64,000 bases of DNA from NCBI GenBank assembly GCA_963717505.1, contig OY970342.1:480001-544000 (forward strand). The letters run 5' to 3'. This DNA comes from Candidatus Eiseniibacteriota bacterium (GTDB lineage: Bacteria > Eisenbacteria > RBG-16-71-46). The translations under genes were made by a program, and so were the position numbers. Positions 1 through 13,678 of the stretch are shown here, piece by piece. The notes beneath the pieces were generated by a model that did no database searches, was not told the origin of the DNA, and worked only from the letters and a program-made list of their open reading frames with translations. The first letter of the stretch is position 1. Every line of letters begins with the position of its first letter.

Positions 1-1
1 T

Positions 2-2449
2 CCGGTCTGGGACCTGATCCAGCGCGCCCAGCGTTGGGCGACCGGCGCCGAGGTTTCGTTGGCGGCGCTTCCCGAACCCGCGGTGACGGTGGCGCCGGGC
101 AACGTGACGTGGCGCGACCTCACGCGTCTCTACCCCTACGACAACGCGCTCGAAGTGCTGGAGCTTTCCGGGGAGCAATTGCGCGAGGCCCTCGAGTGGT
201 CGGCCCGCTACTTCGAGACCTATCACTTCGCGCCGGGGGCGCCGATTGCGGTGGCCGGGATGCCCGGCTTCGCGTTCGACGCCGCGTCGGGCGTCGAGTA
301 CACGGTCGATCTGACGAAGCCCCCGGGTGCCCGCATCGTCGGCTTGAGTTTCGCCGGCGCGCCGCTCGCGCCCGACCGCAAGTTGCGCGTGGCGGTCAAC
401 GCCTATCGCGCGAACGGCGGCAATGGCTACGACATGCTGCGCGGCGCGAAGCGTTTGCCGCACGCCCCGTCCAAGGATGCGCGCAAGGCGCTCAAGCAGG
501 CGGGGTTCGGAAACGCGCCGCACGTGCGTGACGCAATCGCCGCGTGTCTGGCCTCGGGTGCGTGGGATGGCTCGTCTCAGTCGAGCTGGCGACTGCTGCC
601 CGACTACCTCGATCTACCCGAGCGCAGCCTGCTCGATCGACTGGTCCGCTTCCGCGCGCTGCCGGCGGATTCGCTGGCTTCGGCCGAGTTCCATCAGCCG
701 GCGAGCGCCGCAGAGCTGTCGCGCTGGCTCGGCCGCGCGTTCGGCAACCCAGGATCCGGAGCCAGCGATCCCCTGACGCTCGACGGCGCGGCACGGGCGA
801 TCGAGTCGGCCGCCGCCTCGGCGCTCTCGCTGGGCGACGAGGCCGCGCGCGCCTCGTTCCGCAGCGGGCTGGTCACCGGGACCAGTCTCGCCGGCGCCGA
901 GCGAAGCGAAGCGCCCCTGACGCGCGCCCAGGCCCTGGCGCTGATCGCCAACGCCCGCTTCCCATGGATTCGCGTGCTGGAGACCACGGACTTTCACGGC
1001 GCGATTCTCGGCGGCTCGACCGATCGCGACAGCGACAAGCCGATCGGCGGATCGGTCGCGGTCGCGGCGTGGATCCAGCGCCTGCGCGCCGAGAATCCTG
1101 AAGGCACGCTTCTGATCGACGGCGGCGACCTGTTCCAGGGCACCATGATCTCGAACTTCCAGTTCGGCGCCCCGGTGGTCGAGCAGATGAACGCGCTCGG
1201 TTACGCCGCGACCGTGATCGGCAACCACGAGTTCGACTGGTCGGCCGACACCCTGGCCCGCCGCGTGTCCGAGATGAACTTCGTGGCGCTGGGCGCCAAC
1301 ATTCGCGAGAAGCGAACCGGCCGAATCCCGGCCTGGGCGCGCGCCGACACGGTGGTGGTGCGGCGCGGCGTGCGGTTCGGGATTCTCGGCCTGTGCTACC
1401 GCTACACCCCTTCGGTGACGCTCTCCAAGTTCGTCAGCCATCTCGAGTTCCTCGATGACTCCCTGGTCGCGGTCGAGCGGGTGCCCGAGTTGCGCAGCCG
1501 CTCCGATCTGGTGGTCGGGATCGGCCACCTGCCGTGCACCTCCAATCGCGAGCGCCAGGCGCGCGGCGGCGATCTGGTGCGGCTGGCCCGTGCGGTTCCC
1601 GGGGTGGCCGCCTGGTTCGGCGGCCATAGCCACAACGCGGTGGTGGACCAGCCGGGCGGACTTCCGGTTGCGATCGCGAGCTCGCACGGGCGGCACATCG
1701 CGGTGTGCGACCTGTTGGTCGACGCCGTCCGCGATTCGGTGCTCGAGCGCGCGATCCGCCTCCAGGACGTGTGGGCCGACTCGCTGCCGGCGGACCCGGC
1801 GTGGACCGAACGGGTCGAGCGCTGGAACCGCGATGTGGCGCCGATCGCGTCCCAGCCGCTCGGGCGCAACGCGCGGGCGATGCTGCGCAACCGGAACGGC
1901 GAATCCGCCGTCGGCAACTTCGTCTCCGACGCGATTCGCGCGGCGACCGGAGTCGACGTCGCGCTCCAGAACGGCGGCGGCCTGCGCGCCGACCTGGTCG
2001 AGGGCACGATCACGCGCGGCTCGATCTTCGAGATCATGCCGTTCGACAACCGCGTGTACACCATGAAGCTCACCGGCAACGAGCTGAAGGTCGCGCTCGA
2101 GCAGGGGCTGGCGCGCGAGCGGATCACCCAGGTAAGCGGGATTCGCTACACCTTCGATCTCGGCCGGCCCGGGGGCAATCGCGTGATGACGCTGACGTAC
2201 CCCGACGGCCGCCCGCTCGATCCCAAACGCCGCTATCGAATCGCGTGCAACGATTTCATGGCCACCGGCGGCGACGACTACTCGGCGCTGGCCGCGGGGG
2301 CCGAGCGCAAGGAGACCGACCTGCTGGTGCGCGAGACGCTCGAGCGCTACGTCGAACGCATGACCCGCGCCGGCAAGGAGCTCGACGTCAAGACCGATGG
2401 TCGCATTCAGCGGACGGGATCGACCGCGCCGCAACGGGCGGATCGCTAG
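2..2449 (+). CDS. Bifunctional metallophosphatase/5'-nucleotidase with tandem modules (5' end outside window)
   Basis: Frame is open from position 2. A nucleotidase C-domain comes first, then TTDFHG, DGGD, GNHEFD and GGHSH metallophosphatase motifs, then NGGGLRA and MPFDN of a second C-domain. Confidence 0.9.
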   Translation, partial: PVWDLIQRAQRWATGAEVSLAALPEPAVTVAPGNVTWRDLTRLYPYDNALEVLELSGEQLREALEWSARYFETYHFAPGAPIAVAGMPGFAFDAASGVEYTVDLTKPPGARIVGLSFAGAPLAPDRKLRVAVNAYRANGGNGYDMLRGAKRLPHAPSKDARKALKQAGFGNAPHVRDAIAACLASGAWDGSSQSSWRLLPDYLDLPERSLLDRLVRFRALPADSLASAEFHQPASAAELSRWLGRAFGNPGSGASDPLTLDGAARAIESAAASALSLGDEAARASFRSGLVTGTSLAGAERSEAPLTRAQALALIANARFPWIRVLETTDFHGAILGGSTDRDSDKPIGGSVAVAAWIQRLRAENPEGTLLIDGGDLFQGTMISNFQFGAPVVEQMNALGYAATVIGNHEFDWSADTLARRVSEMNFVALGANIREKRTGRIPAWARADTVVVRRGVRFGILGLCYRYTPSVTLSKFVSHLEFLDDSLVAVERVPELRSRSDLVVGIGHLPCTSNRERQARGGDLVRLARAVPGVAAWFGGHSHNAVVDQPGGLPVAIASSHGRHIAVCDLLVDAVRDSVLERAIRLQDVWADSLPADPAWTERVERWNRDVAPIASQPLGRNARAMLRNRNGESAVGNFVSDAIRAATGVDVALQNGGGLRADLVEGTITRGSIFEIMPFDNRVYTMKLTGNELKVALEQGLARERITQVSGIRYTFDLGRPGGNRVMTLTYPDGRPLDPKRRYRIACNDFMATGGDDYSALAAGAERKETDLLVRETLERYVERMTRAGKELDVKTDGRIQRTGSTAPQRADR

Positions 2450-2496
2450 GCAAGAATCACGGTCGCCGCGGGCGGCGACTCCGGCGGTGGGCGGCG

Positions 2497-3720
2497 CTAG
2501 GGCGAGGCGCTGGACGAGGGATCGACCAGCGGAATTCCGGCCTTGCGGAAGTAGCTGCGCACGCCTTCGGCGAGCTGGCGGCCGAGCTGCTTCTGGAACT
2601 TGGGATCGGCGAGCAGCTTGGCCTCGACCGGGTTGTTGATGAACGCGGTCTCGACCAGCACCGACGGGAAGTCCACCGACTTGAGCACCGCGAACCCGGC
2701 CTGCTTGACGCCGCGCTGTTCGAGACGCCGCTCCTCGGCCAGGTGCTCGAGCAGAGTCTCGGCCAGCAGCTGGCTCTGGGTCAGCGCCGAGGAACGCTTG
2801 ACGTCGTAGAGGATGTTGACCAGTTCGTCCATCGGCCTCGGTCGGAACGCCGCCGACCAGGTCGGCCGCGTTTTCGAGGTCGGCCAGGTCCTGCGTCGGC
2901 CTGGTCGCTGGCGCCGCGCAGCGACAGGAAGTAGACCTCGGTGCCGCTGCCGCGCCCGCGGCGGCGCGACGAATTGGCGTGAATGCTGACGAACACGTCG
3001 GCGTTCATGCGCTCGGCGAAACGGTAGCGCTCGTGCAGCGGGATGAAGTAGTCGCCGTCGCGCGTGAGTGGGCGTGGATCCCGGGGATCGTGTTCAGCTC
3101 GTCGACCAGCGCCTTCGCCACCGCGAGCGTGACGCTCTTCTCGAGCACGCCGCTGGGCCCGCGCGCGCCGGGGTCCTCGCCACCGTGCCCGGCGTCAACC
3201 GCGATCACGCGCACCCGGTCGCGCCGCTTGGCCGTCGCGATGCTGGCCAGGCGCTGCTCCTCGGCGGCAGCCGCCACCCGGCCGCGACACGTCGACGACG
3301 ATGCGGTAGGGCTGTTCGCCCATCTCGTCGAGCGGGATCGGCAGCACGGTGAAGCGCACGCTGTCGCGAAACGCCATGCGAATCCGGGTGCCACCGGCGG
3401 CGCCCTGGAAGATCTCGACCGAGTCCACGACCCCGTCCGCGACGCGGGTCACACGCAGCAAGCCCTTGCCGCGCACCACTGAATCCGCGGGGAAGGTCAG
3501 CACCAGCTCGCGGCTGCGACCCGAATCGGGGGCGACCGGCACGACCACGTCCGAGAAGTCGAGGACGATGCGCGTGCTGGCGGCGCCGACCACGAGCGGA
3601 TGTCCTGCAGCGCCACGGCTTCCGCGGCCGAGGCCGCGAACGCGGCGCCGGCGCCCACAGTGTGAGCGCCAGCGCCAACCCAAAGAGTGCCGTGACCGCG
3701 TTGCGTCGATGCGCTCCGCC
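2497..3720 (-). CDS. N-acetylmuramoyl-L-alanine amidase (Amidase_3 plus AMIN-like N-terminus), frameshifted in this sequence
   Basis: Fragments in several frames carry VDAGHGGEDPGA, EK..L..A, FVSIHANS and SVLVETAFINNP. Start is approximate. Confidence 0.85.
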
Positions 3721-3722
3721 GG

Positions 3723-5217
3723 CTACTCGGCCAATTCGAGCGCGACGAATCGCGATTGTCCGTTGCCGTTGTTGACCAGCAGGACGGCATGTTTGCGGTC
3801 GGTCTTCGCATCGGCCCAGCATCTTTGCGAATTCCGTCGCCGATGTCACTGGTTTTCCGCCGACTTCCTCGATGATGTCACCCGCTTCGATGCCGGCGTC
3901 CTCGGCCGGGCTGCCCGGAGCGATGCCGGTGACCACGACCCCGCCGTCGACCTTCGCGGCATCACGCTCCTCGGACGACAGCGGACGCACTTCGAGCCCG
4001 GCCACGTTCTCTTCCCGGGGCGTCGGGCTGCCCGGAGCCTGATCGTTGCTCGCCAGTACCGTCTCGCGGTCGGCCAGCGTGACCTCGAAATTCATCTTCT
4101 TGCCGTCGCGCAGCACCGTAATCGGCACCTTGCGGCCGACCGGCGTGTCGGCGACCCGGAGGCGGAACTTCTGCAGCTCGGTCACCGGCTGGCCGTCGAA
4201 CTCGATCACCACGTCGTTGCGCTTGAGGCCGGCGCGGGCCGCCGGCGAATCGTCCTGGACATTCTGGATGATGACCCCGTTCTGCCCCTTGATGCCGAAG
4301 CCCTCGGCAATCTCCGGGGTCAGGTCCGCGAGGAACACGCCGAGCATGGCGCGCTTGACCGAGCCGTGGGCGACGAGCTGGTCGGCCACGTGCCGGGCGA
4401 GGTTGATCGGAATGGCGAAACCGATGCCCTGTCCACTGGGATTGATCGCGGTGTTGATGCCGATCGCCTCGCCGTGAATGTTGCAGAGCGGGCCGCCGGA
4501 GTTGCCGAAGTTGATCGAGGCGTCGGTCTGAATGAAGTCCTGGAAGACCGGAGAACCCCCGAAGATGTTGAGATCGGAGCGCCCCTGGGCGCTGATGATG
4601 CCTACGGTCACCGAGCCGCGCAGCATGCCGAGCGGGTTGCCGATCGCGATCGCCCAGTCGCCGACGCGGATCTTGTCCGAGTCGCCGAGCGACAGCGTCG
4701 GCAGGTTGGTGCCGTCGATCTTGATCACGGCGACGTCGGTCTCGGGATCGGCGCCCGATCACGCGCGCCTTGAAGTTGCGGCGATCGTTGAGCGTCACCG
4801 TGATGTCGTCGGCGTCACGCACCACGTGGTTGTTGGTCAGGATGTGCCCGTTGCTGTCGATGATGAAACCCGAGCCCGAGCTGGGCTGGGTCTGCTGGCG
4901 GCGCGGTGCTTCCTGGCCGAAGAACCGCCGGAACAGCTCGTCCTGCGGTCCTCGCTCGAACCCGACTTCTTGCGAACGTCGATGAAGACGACCGCGGGCA
5001 ACGTCTGCTCGACCACCTTGACGAACGGGCTCTCAGCCCCGGCGATCGCAGGCGCCGAAGTCGACGGCGCGTTGGTCGCCTTCTGAGCGGTCGAAGTCTT
5101 CTGCAGATCGAGTGCCGCGCTCAGACCGAGCCCGATCACCAGCCCGACGGCGACCAGCAGGCCGGCGCCCATGAAATACCCGCGAGGACGACTCGACTGA
5201 AACGGGTGATGACTCAT
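3723..5217 (-). CDS. degP: HtrA/DegP-type serine protease with two PDZ domains, frameshifted in this sequence
   Basis: N-terminal membrane anchor; GSGFII and TNNHVV; IQTDASINFGNSGGPL; two PDZ (SPA..AG) domains. About three frameshifts. Confidence 0.88.
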
Positions 5218-5482
5218 CGTGCGATCTCCTTGTCGACGGCGCGTCGCCGAAGTGCGCACACGCCGCATGTGCCGAGACGAATCTGCGTTGATGCCTCAAG
5301 AGGTTATCGACCCAAAACTTGCTCCTGTCAGCCCCGGGTCAATTTCCCCCGGGATGCCCCCCGAATCGATACCAACGTACCGATGCAACCGCCGGGCGCG
5401 CCGGTTCGACCGGGTTCGGACCCGAGCCCCGCTCGCCCCTGGCCAAGTGGTGTTTCGAAAAGCCTTTGCTAGACTGCGCCGC

Positions 5483-6229
5483 ATGTCTCCGGGGGCCGCG
5501 TTCTTCATTTCCGACGCTCACCTGGGCGCGGAACCGAGGAGCGAAGAGGCCTCGCGCGAGGCGATGCTGCACGACTTCCTCGCCCACCTCCCCGGCCGCG
5601 CCTCCGCCCTCTACATCATCGGCGACCTCTTCGACTTTTGGTTCGAATATCGGACCTGCATCCCGGCCCGCCACTTCCACACCCTGAGCGCCCTGGCCAA
5701 CGTGCGCCGAGCCGGAATCCCGATCACCTACCTCGGCGGCAACCACGACTTCTGGGTCGGGCGCTTCATGCGCGAGGAACTCGGGATCGAGGTCCATGAG
5801 AACCCTCTGACACTCGACCTGCAGGGGCGAAAGCTGTGGATCCATCATGGGGATGGACTGATTGGCGGCGATCTCGGTTACAGGATCCTGAAAAGAGTGT
5901 TGCGGAACCCCCTGTGCATCGCCCTCTATGGGTTGGTGCACCCGGATCTGGGCATTCCGTTCGCGGGCTGGGTGTCGCGCTGGTCGCGCGGCTCGCGCGA
6001 CGTCCGGCCGCTCGACGGCCCCCGGCTGGTGCGGGAGGTCGCGGCACCCCGGTTCGCCGCGGGCTTCGACGCGGTCATGATCGGGCACTTCCATCACGTC
6101 TACGATCATCGCGACGGCGGAAAGCGGTTCCTGGTTCTCGGCGACTGGATCCGACACATGAGCTACGCCGTGCTGGAAGGCGGCGAGCTGAGCCTCAGAC
6201 GCTGGCCGGACTCTAGAAAAGAGCCGTGA
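5483..6229 (+). CDS. lpxH: UDP-2,3-diacylglucosamine diphosphatase (LpxH-like metallophosphatase)
   Basis: FISDAHLG, GDLFDFW, GNHDF, HGD, GHFH and LGDW motifs. Confidence 0.8.
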   Translation: MSPGAAFFISDAHLGAEPRSEEASREAMLHDFLAHLPGRASALYIIGDLFDFWFEYRTCIPARHFHTLSALANVRRAGIPITYLGGNHDFWVGRFMREELGIEVHENPLTLDLQGRKLWIHHGDGLIGGDLGYRILKRVLRNPLCIALYGLVHPDLGIPFAGWVSRWSRGSRDVRPLDGPRLVREVAAPRFAAGFDAVMIGHFHHVYDHRDGGKRFLVLGDWIRHMSYAVLEGGELSLRRWPDSRKEP

Positions 6230-7133
6230 ACCCGAAGCGATGGGTGTCGCCGAGGTCGAGGCGGAGTGGAACGTAGGCGTAGTCGAGCCGGAGACCGCTC
6301 ATCGCGTACCCGGCGCCCACGCTGTAGGTCGTCGCGTCGTCGTTGAACCGCCAGCCGCCGCGCAGCGAGGCGCCGGAGGCGTCCCGCAGCTCGAGGCCGG
6401 CCATGCTCTGACCCGCACGGCCGCGCGTGAAACGCCCTTCCAGAGCGCCCTGGAGTTCGAGTCGCTCGCCGGCACGCATCGTGTAGGTGCCGCCCCCCTG
6501 GAAGGCCATCGGCAGTCCGACCGGCTCGCCTTCGACGTCGTCGATCGTGTAGTGCGCCGAGGGGCCCAGATTCTGAACCGCACCGCCGAGCCTCAAGCCC
6601 TCGAGCCTGGCCGGCGACCACGTCGCGCCGGCGCCAAAGGCGTAGGTCGTGGCCGCGAGATTGGCGATGCGCTCGCGAATGACCTGGCCTGACAGGCCGG
6701 CGTCGAGCCCGGGCAGCAGCGCCCACCCATAGGCCACGCCCAGCTCGAGGTCGTGCGAGCCGAAGGTGCCGACGAGATTCCCCAGGTCGTCCCGCTCGTC
6801 GATCGGCTCGGTGTAAAACGCGCGAAACGACCCCGCGAGTCCGCCGCCGGCCACGCGGCCGCCGGCCGAGAAGGTGTCGTGGCGCAGCCCCGCAATCAGC
6901 TCGGTGTGCGTGCCTTCGACCTGAAACGTGCCGAGCGATGAAAGCCCCGCGGGATTCCAGAACTGGGCCTCGATGCCGCTGGCCATCGCCGTGAATGCGC
7001 CGCCCAGGGCGGCCGCGCGGGCGCCACTCGGGATCTCGAGGAACGCAAAACCGGGCGGCGCGGCGAAGGCCACGGCTGGAGTGGTGAACGCGGCCAGCGC
7101 GAGCGCAAGAAAGCGCCGGAAGTGCAGGGTCAT
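6213..7133 (-). CDS. PorV/PorQ-family outer-membrane beta-barrel protein
   Basis: Signal peptide; FLEIPSGARAAALGGA..A...WNPAGL; C-terminal DYAY...LGDTHRF and terminal Phe. Confidence 0.8.
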   Translation of the reverse strand: MTLHFRRFLALALAAFTTPAVAFAAPPGFAFLEIPSGARAAALGGAFTAMASGIEAQFWNPAGLSSLGTFQVEGTHTELIAGLRHDTFSAGGRVAGGGLAGSFRAFYTEPIDERDDLGNLVGTFGSHDLELGVAYGWALLPGLDAGLSGQVIRERIANLAATTYAFGAGATWSPARLEGLRLGGAVQNLGPSAHYTIDDVEGEPVGLPMAFQGGGTYTMRAGERLELQGALEGRFTRGRAGQSMAGLELRDASGASLRGGWRFNDDATTYSVGAGYAMSGLRLDYAYVPLRLDLGDTHRFGFTALF

Positions 7134-7221
7134 TCGAGCTCCAGATGTGGGGTCAACGAACAGCGGCCCGCCATTATGCCACGGCGGGCCGCTGCGCGCG
7201 TCGAGCGGGGTCGCGGTCGAA

Positions 7222-8718
7222 TCAGCGGCGAGTCCTGGCCCCACCACCCGAGGAACCTCCGCCGGCCGGTGCGGACATTCGGCCGTGAGACGCGCTGCCC
7301 GAAGGCGGCGAGAAATCCCGGGCCGCAGGCTGCGGCTGATATGCGGGCGGGGCCGAGCGTGCGCTGGGCTCCGGTCGGGATGAGCCGCGGGTCTCGCGCA
7401 TCGCGGGCGCTGGTGGCGCTTCGTACCGGCGGTCGGCGACTCGCTCGTAGCGGGGCGCCTCGTAGTCGGGCGCCTGGGTCGCCGGCACGCGAGGCGACGA
7501 GGGACGGCTCTCCCTTTGATACGAGCGCGACGGCCTCGGCGAATCCTCGCTCGGGGCGCGTGATGCAGGCACGCGATTCCGGCCTTCGCTGCGCACCCCA
7601 GAGGTATTGGGCCGGCCTACCGGATTCTGATTTCGGCCAGTGCGATCGACGACCTCGCGCTGTTCGATCGCTTCGCGATCGCCGACTTGCCGCCATGCCG
7701 CACCGACCGGAACCCGAACATTCCCTCCGCGCGCTCGCAGGTCGTGGGCACCGGCCATGAATCCCGGCGGCAAGGCACGGGTCGCGTCGCGGCGACGGAA
7801 CTCGCCGTCGTACTTGCTCGGCGGGATGTAGCCCGGAGGCGCCGAGGGCTTGAACCGGCGCATGCCCCCCCAGGCGCGTTGCCACGATGCCCAGCCGTAC
7901 CACGAGGTGACGTAGCGGGTCGGATACACCACGTAGCCCGGCGCGCAGCCCGGGACCCATGAGTAGACGTAGTAGGGCACGGTGCCGAACCAGTAGCTCG
8001 GGCCCCACGCCCAGCCGTAGTTCACCCGCACCGTGAACACGGAGCAGGTCGCGTAGTAGGGATCGAATCCGGACCACCACGACCAATACCCCGGACGGTG
8101 ACAGTCGTTGCACAGGTAGCGCGGATAACGAACCTCGTGGTGGACGTAGTAGCCCGAGTACGAGGTCGCGAACGACTCGGCGTCGTCGGGACTCGCCAGC
8201 ACGGTGCGGCGGATGCGCTCCATCGCCACGAACGGGTCACCGACGATCTTGCCGTCGGCGGTCACGCCCTCGGCGTCGCGCTCTTCGGCCGGAGCTTCTT
8301 CGTATCCCAGCTCCGCGGCATGCGGATCGTACGGTCGCAGATACCAGGGCAGGTCACGGAATGGATCGCGCGCGGCGATCGCAACCAGGTAGCCCTGGCC
8401 GACAGGGCCCTGGACGACCAACTGGAAATCCGGACGCTCCTCGCTCAGCCGATAGGTGCGACCGCCCTCGACCATGCCACCGCGCACGTCGAAGGGAAAG
8501 ATGAGATGGACCGCGCCCTCCGCGTCGATCTCGTAGACGATCAGGTAGGCATCGTCGGAAGAGTGCACGCGCAGGTCGATGGCCTCGCCGGGCTGGTAGA
8601 CCGAATCGTGGCCGCGCTCGGTGGTCAGGTCCACCGAGAATGCCGCGGCGATCGCAGGCAGTGCTGTGAGCGCAAACAGCGCGGCGGCCAGAACGGAAAC
8701 TCGGAAGCGTGGAGTCAT
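7222..8718 (-). CDS. Secreted DUF4384-domain protein with aromatic-rich middle and disordered Arg/Pro tail
   Basis: Signal peptide; YQPGE.I......DAYL.VY.ID..G.V.LIFP pattern typical of DUF4384. Confidence 0.7.
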   Translation of the reverse strand: MTPRFRVSVLAAALFALTALPAIAAAFSVDLTTERGHDSVYQPGEAIDLRVHSSDDAYLIVYEIDAEGAVHLIFPFDVRGGMVEGGRTYRLSEERPDFQLVVQGPVGQGYLVAIAARDPFRDLPWYLRPYDPHAAELGYEEAPAEERDAEGVTADGKIVGDPFVAMERIRRTVLASPDDAESFATSYSGYYVHHEVRYPRYLCNDCHRPGYWSWWSGFDPYYATCSVFTVRVNYGWAWGPSYWFGTVPYYVYSWVPGCAPGYVVYPTRYVTSWYGWASWQRAWGGMRRFKPSAPPGYIPPSKYDGEFRRRDATRALPPGFMAGAHDLRARGGNVRVPVGAAWRQVGDREAIEQREVVDRTGRNQNPVGRPNTSGVRSEGRNRVPASRAPSEDSPRPSRSYQRESRPSSPRVPATQAPDYEAPRYERVADRRYEAPPAPAMRETRGSSRPEPSARSAPPAYQPQPAARDFSPPSGSASHGRMSAPAGGGSSGGGARTRR

Positions 8719-8762
8719 GGCCAGCACCTCGTGGGCGGCTCGGGAACGCCTTCTATTATGCC

Positions 8763-9584
8763 TCATGGCAGCCCCGTTCGCCGCACTCTTTCGCCGTCCC
8801 TGAGGGCTCGGCGCGCGGCCAGTTCGGGGTTGCCCGGGTCCACCTGGTAGGCCCAGTCCATGACCAGTGAGCCCCCGGTCAGGCGGCTCACCCGCAACTT
8901 GGCAAAGTGATTGTCATGGGTCCAGACGAGGTAGCAGTGCCCGGGGATCAACTCTACGGTCCCGGTCGGCGACCAGCCGCCGTTCGGCGCGAAGTCGATC
9001 GCATCGAGCGTGTTCGCGTAGCCGGCATCCTGGATGTCGGTATCGGTGAACGGCGCGATCATCAGATCGGCGCCGTTCGACACCACGTAATAGACGTCGA
9101 CCGACGGATCGTCGAATGCCCGGCGACGATAGTCGGAGAAGTCCCAGCCGCTGGTCGCGGGCGCCGCCGCGGCGTCGGTCAGGACCTCGTCGAACCCCTC
9201 GGGCCGCGGCGTATCGAACACGTTTTCCTTGGACAGTTCGCTCTCGTTGCCCGCGTGGTCCACAGCCGTAACCGCGTAGTAGAGGGTGACCCCGTTCTGC
9301 AGGCTGCCGACGTTGAACTGGGTGAGCGTGGTCGAGCCCACCGGTTCGTAGAGGCATTGCGGACCGTCGGGACAGTTCGCGATGTAAATGCGATAGCCGG
9401 CGAGATCCGCTTCCGGATTGCCGAGCCAGCGGAGGTAGACCGTCTGGTCGCCGGTGACGCTGTAGACGCCACGCGGCGCCGATGGCGGATAGACGTCGCG
9501 CGGAGCCGTGGTGTCCTTGCAGCCCGAGACTGCGAGGGCGGCGAGCAACATTGCGACCGAAGAGAAGGAGGCGCGAAGGTCCAT
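8763..9584 (-). CDS. Lipoprotein with fibronectin type III domain
   Basis: Lipobox AVSG-C; PPSAP, LRW..NPEADLAGYRIY and YYAVTAVD.AGNES. Confidence 0.8.
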   Translation of the reverse strand: MDLRASFSSVAMLLAALAVSGCKDTTAPRDVYPPSAPRGVYSVTGDQTVYLRWLGNPEADLAGYRIYIANCPDGPQCLYEPVGSTTLTQFNVGSLQNGVTLYYAVTAVDHAGNESELSKENVFDTPRPEGFDEVLTDAAAAPATSGWDFSDYRRRAFDDPSVDVYYVVSNGADLMIAPFTDTDIQDAGYANTLDAIDFAPNGGWSPTGTVELIPGHCYLVWTHDNHFAKLRVSRLTGGSLVMDWAYQVDPGNPELAARRALRDGERVRRTGLP

Positions 9585-9661
9585 GACATACCCCTGCTAT
9601 CGAGGGCGCGCCGCGGCCGCGATATTCGGCTCGGTGGCGCCACAATCCAAGATGATCAAGG

Positions 9662-9676
9662 GCAATGGCCGTGCCA
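9662..9676 (-). promoter_or_regulatory. Sigma54 -24/-12 promoter of the lipoprotein/DUF4384/PorV-like operon
   Basis: Minus strand reads TGGCAC-GGCCA-TTGC, a perfect consensus, ~78 nt upstream of ATG 9584. Confidence 0.8.
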
Positions 9677-9858
9677 CCGGCCGGCCATCGGCAGGCGTTG
9701 AGCTAACTCATTGCCCTGGAATGGATCAGAGCATCCAATCGGGCCTCGCCGGCGGGCGTGTCGAGGGTCGATTCAGGTGCGCTGGCGACGCAGGTGTGCG
9801 GCTGGCGCCACACCCTCGCTTCTTGGGGGGTGCACAGGCCCAAAACCCCTTCTCAGCC

Positions 9859-10256
9859 AAAAAAACGAGGACACCGGCCCCGAAGAGCTAGCCACATCAG
9901 CCGAGACATCCCCCAATGTTGGCCAATGTCGCTGGAGACCGGTGTCCTAACAAAGAACCCGGAGCACCGCGCCACTTCCCCGGCGGGTGTTGTGGAGCCC
10001 TCGTCGTCAGCGAACCCGCCGATCTCAAGTGCTCCGGGTGTGAGGCCTTGCTCAGGTGCTGCTCGGTATTCCTCAAGCTACTTTGGTGCTTCCTGCGTCA
10101 TCTCCGAGCCAGCCGGTAGTAGAAGGTCGGTACAATGTCCAGTAGACGGGGCTCGTAACCCTTGACCTGACCCACTACAAACCGGCTAGCCCAGATTTTC
10201 TGCAACGGCCCGAGATTGTCTTCGAACCGCTTTTTGGAGGTCCCCCCCCTCCGATC
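9859..10256 (-). ncRNA. Putative ~400-nt structured sigma54-dependent ncRNA
   Basis: Upstream sigma54 motif; three long hairpins (10108-10190, 9957-10039, 9868-9948) plus small 5' hairpins; terminal U7 tract; no credible ORF. Confidence 0.6.
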
Positions 10257-10266
10257 AAGTAGATCA

Positions 10267-10282
10267 AGCAGCATCGATGCCA
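10267..10282 (-). promoter_or_regulatory. Sigma54 -24/-12 promoter upstream of the putative ncRNA
   Basis: Minus strand reads TGGCAT-CGATG-CTGCT with exact GG-N10-GC spacing. Confidence 0.65.
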
Positions 10283-10499
10283 AGCACACAATCCTCGAAC
10301 AAGAAACCCGTAATGCGTTGCGATGCAACGAGCGGTGTCGCGTGCGGCGGCGCGGTCGTGCACACGAGGCAGGCTCGCGAAGCGGTCGATCGGAAAACAA
10401 TTTGATCCCGAAAAACGCTTCGAGCGCGCAAACGCTTGCGCCGCAGAGGAATCAGGCGTGCAAGACTTTTGATAGGAGGTGGGGCGGGATTTGAAGGGG

Positions 10500-13658
<3,159 letters not shown>

Positions 13659-13678
13659 TCAGTTTTTTCCGAGATCAG

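Noticed and set aside
9868-10190. CRISPR or REP array interpretation of the three hairpins
   Set aside because: The hairpins share no repeated sequence and no cas genes are in the window.
9758-10494. Track ORFs in the intergenic region (e.g. 9758-10165 +, 10098-10400 -) and the mini-ORF MTQEAPK (10101-10078, minus strand)
   Set aside because: No recognisable motifs, atypical codon usage and poor RBS spacing; RNA structure explains the region better.
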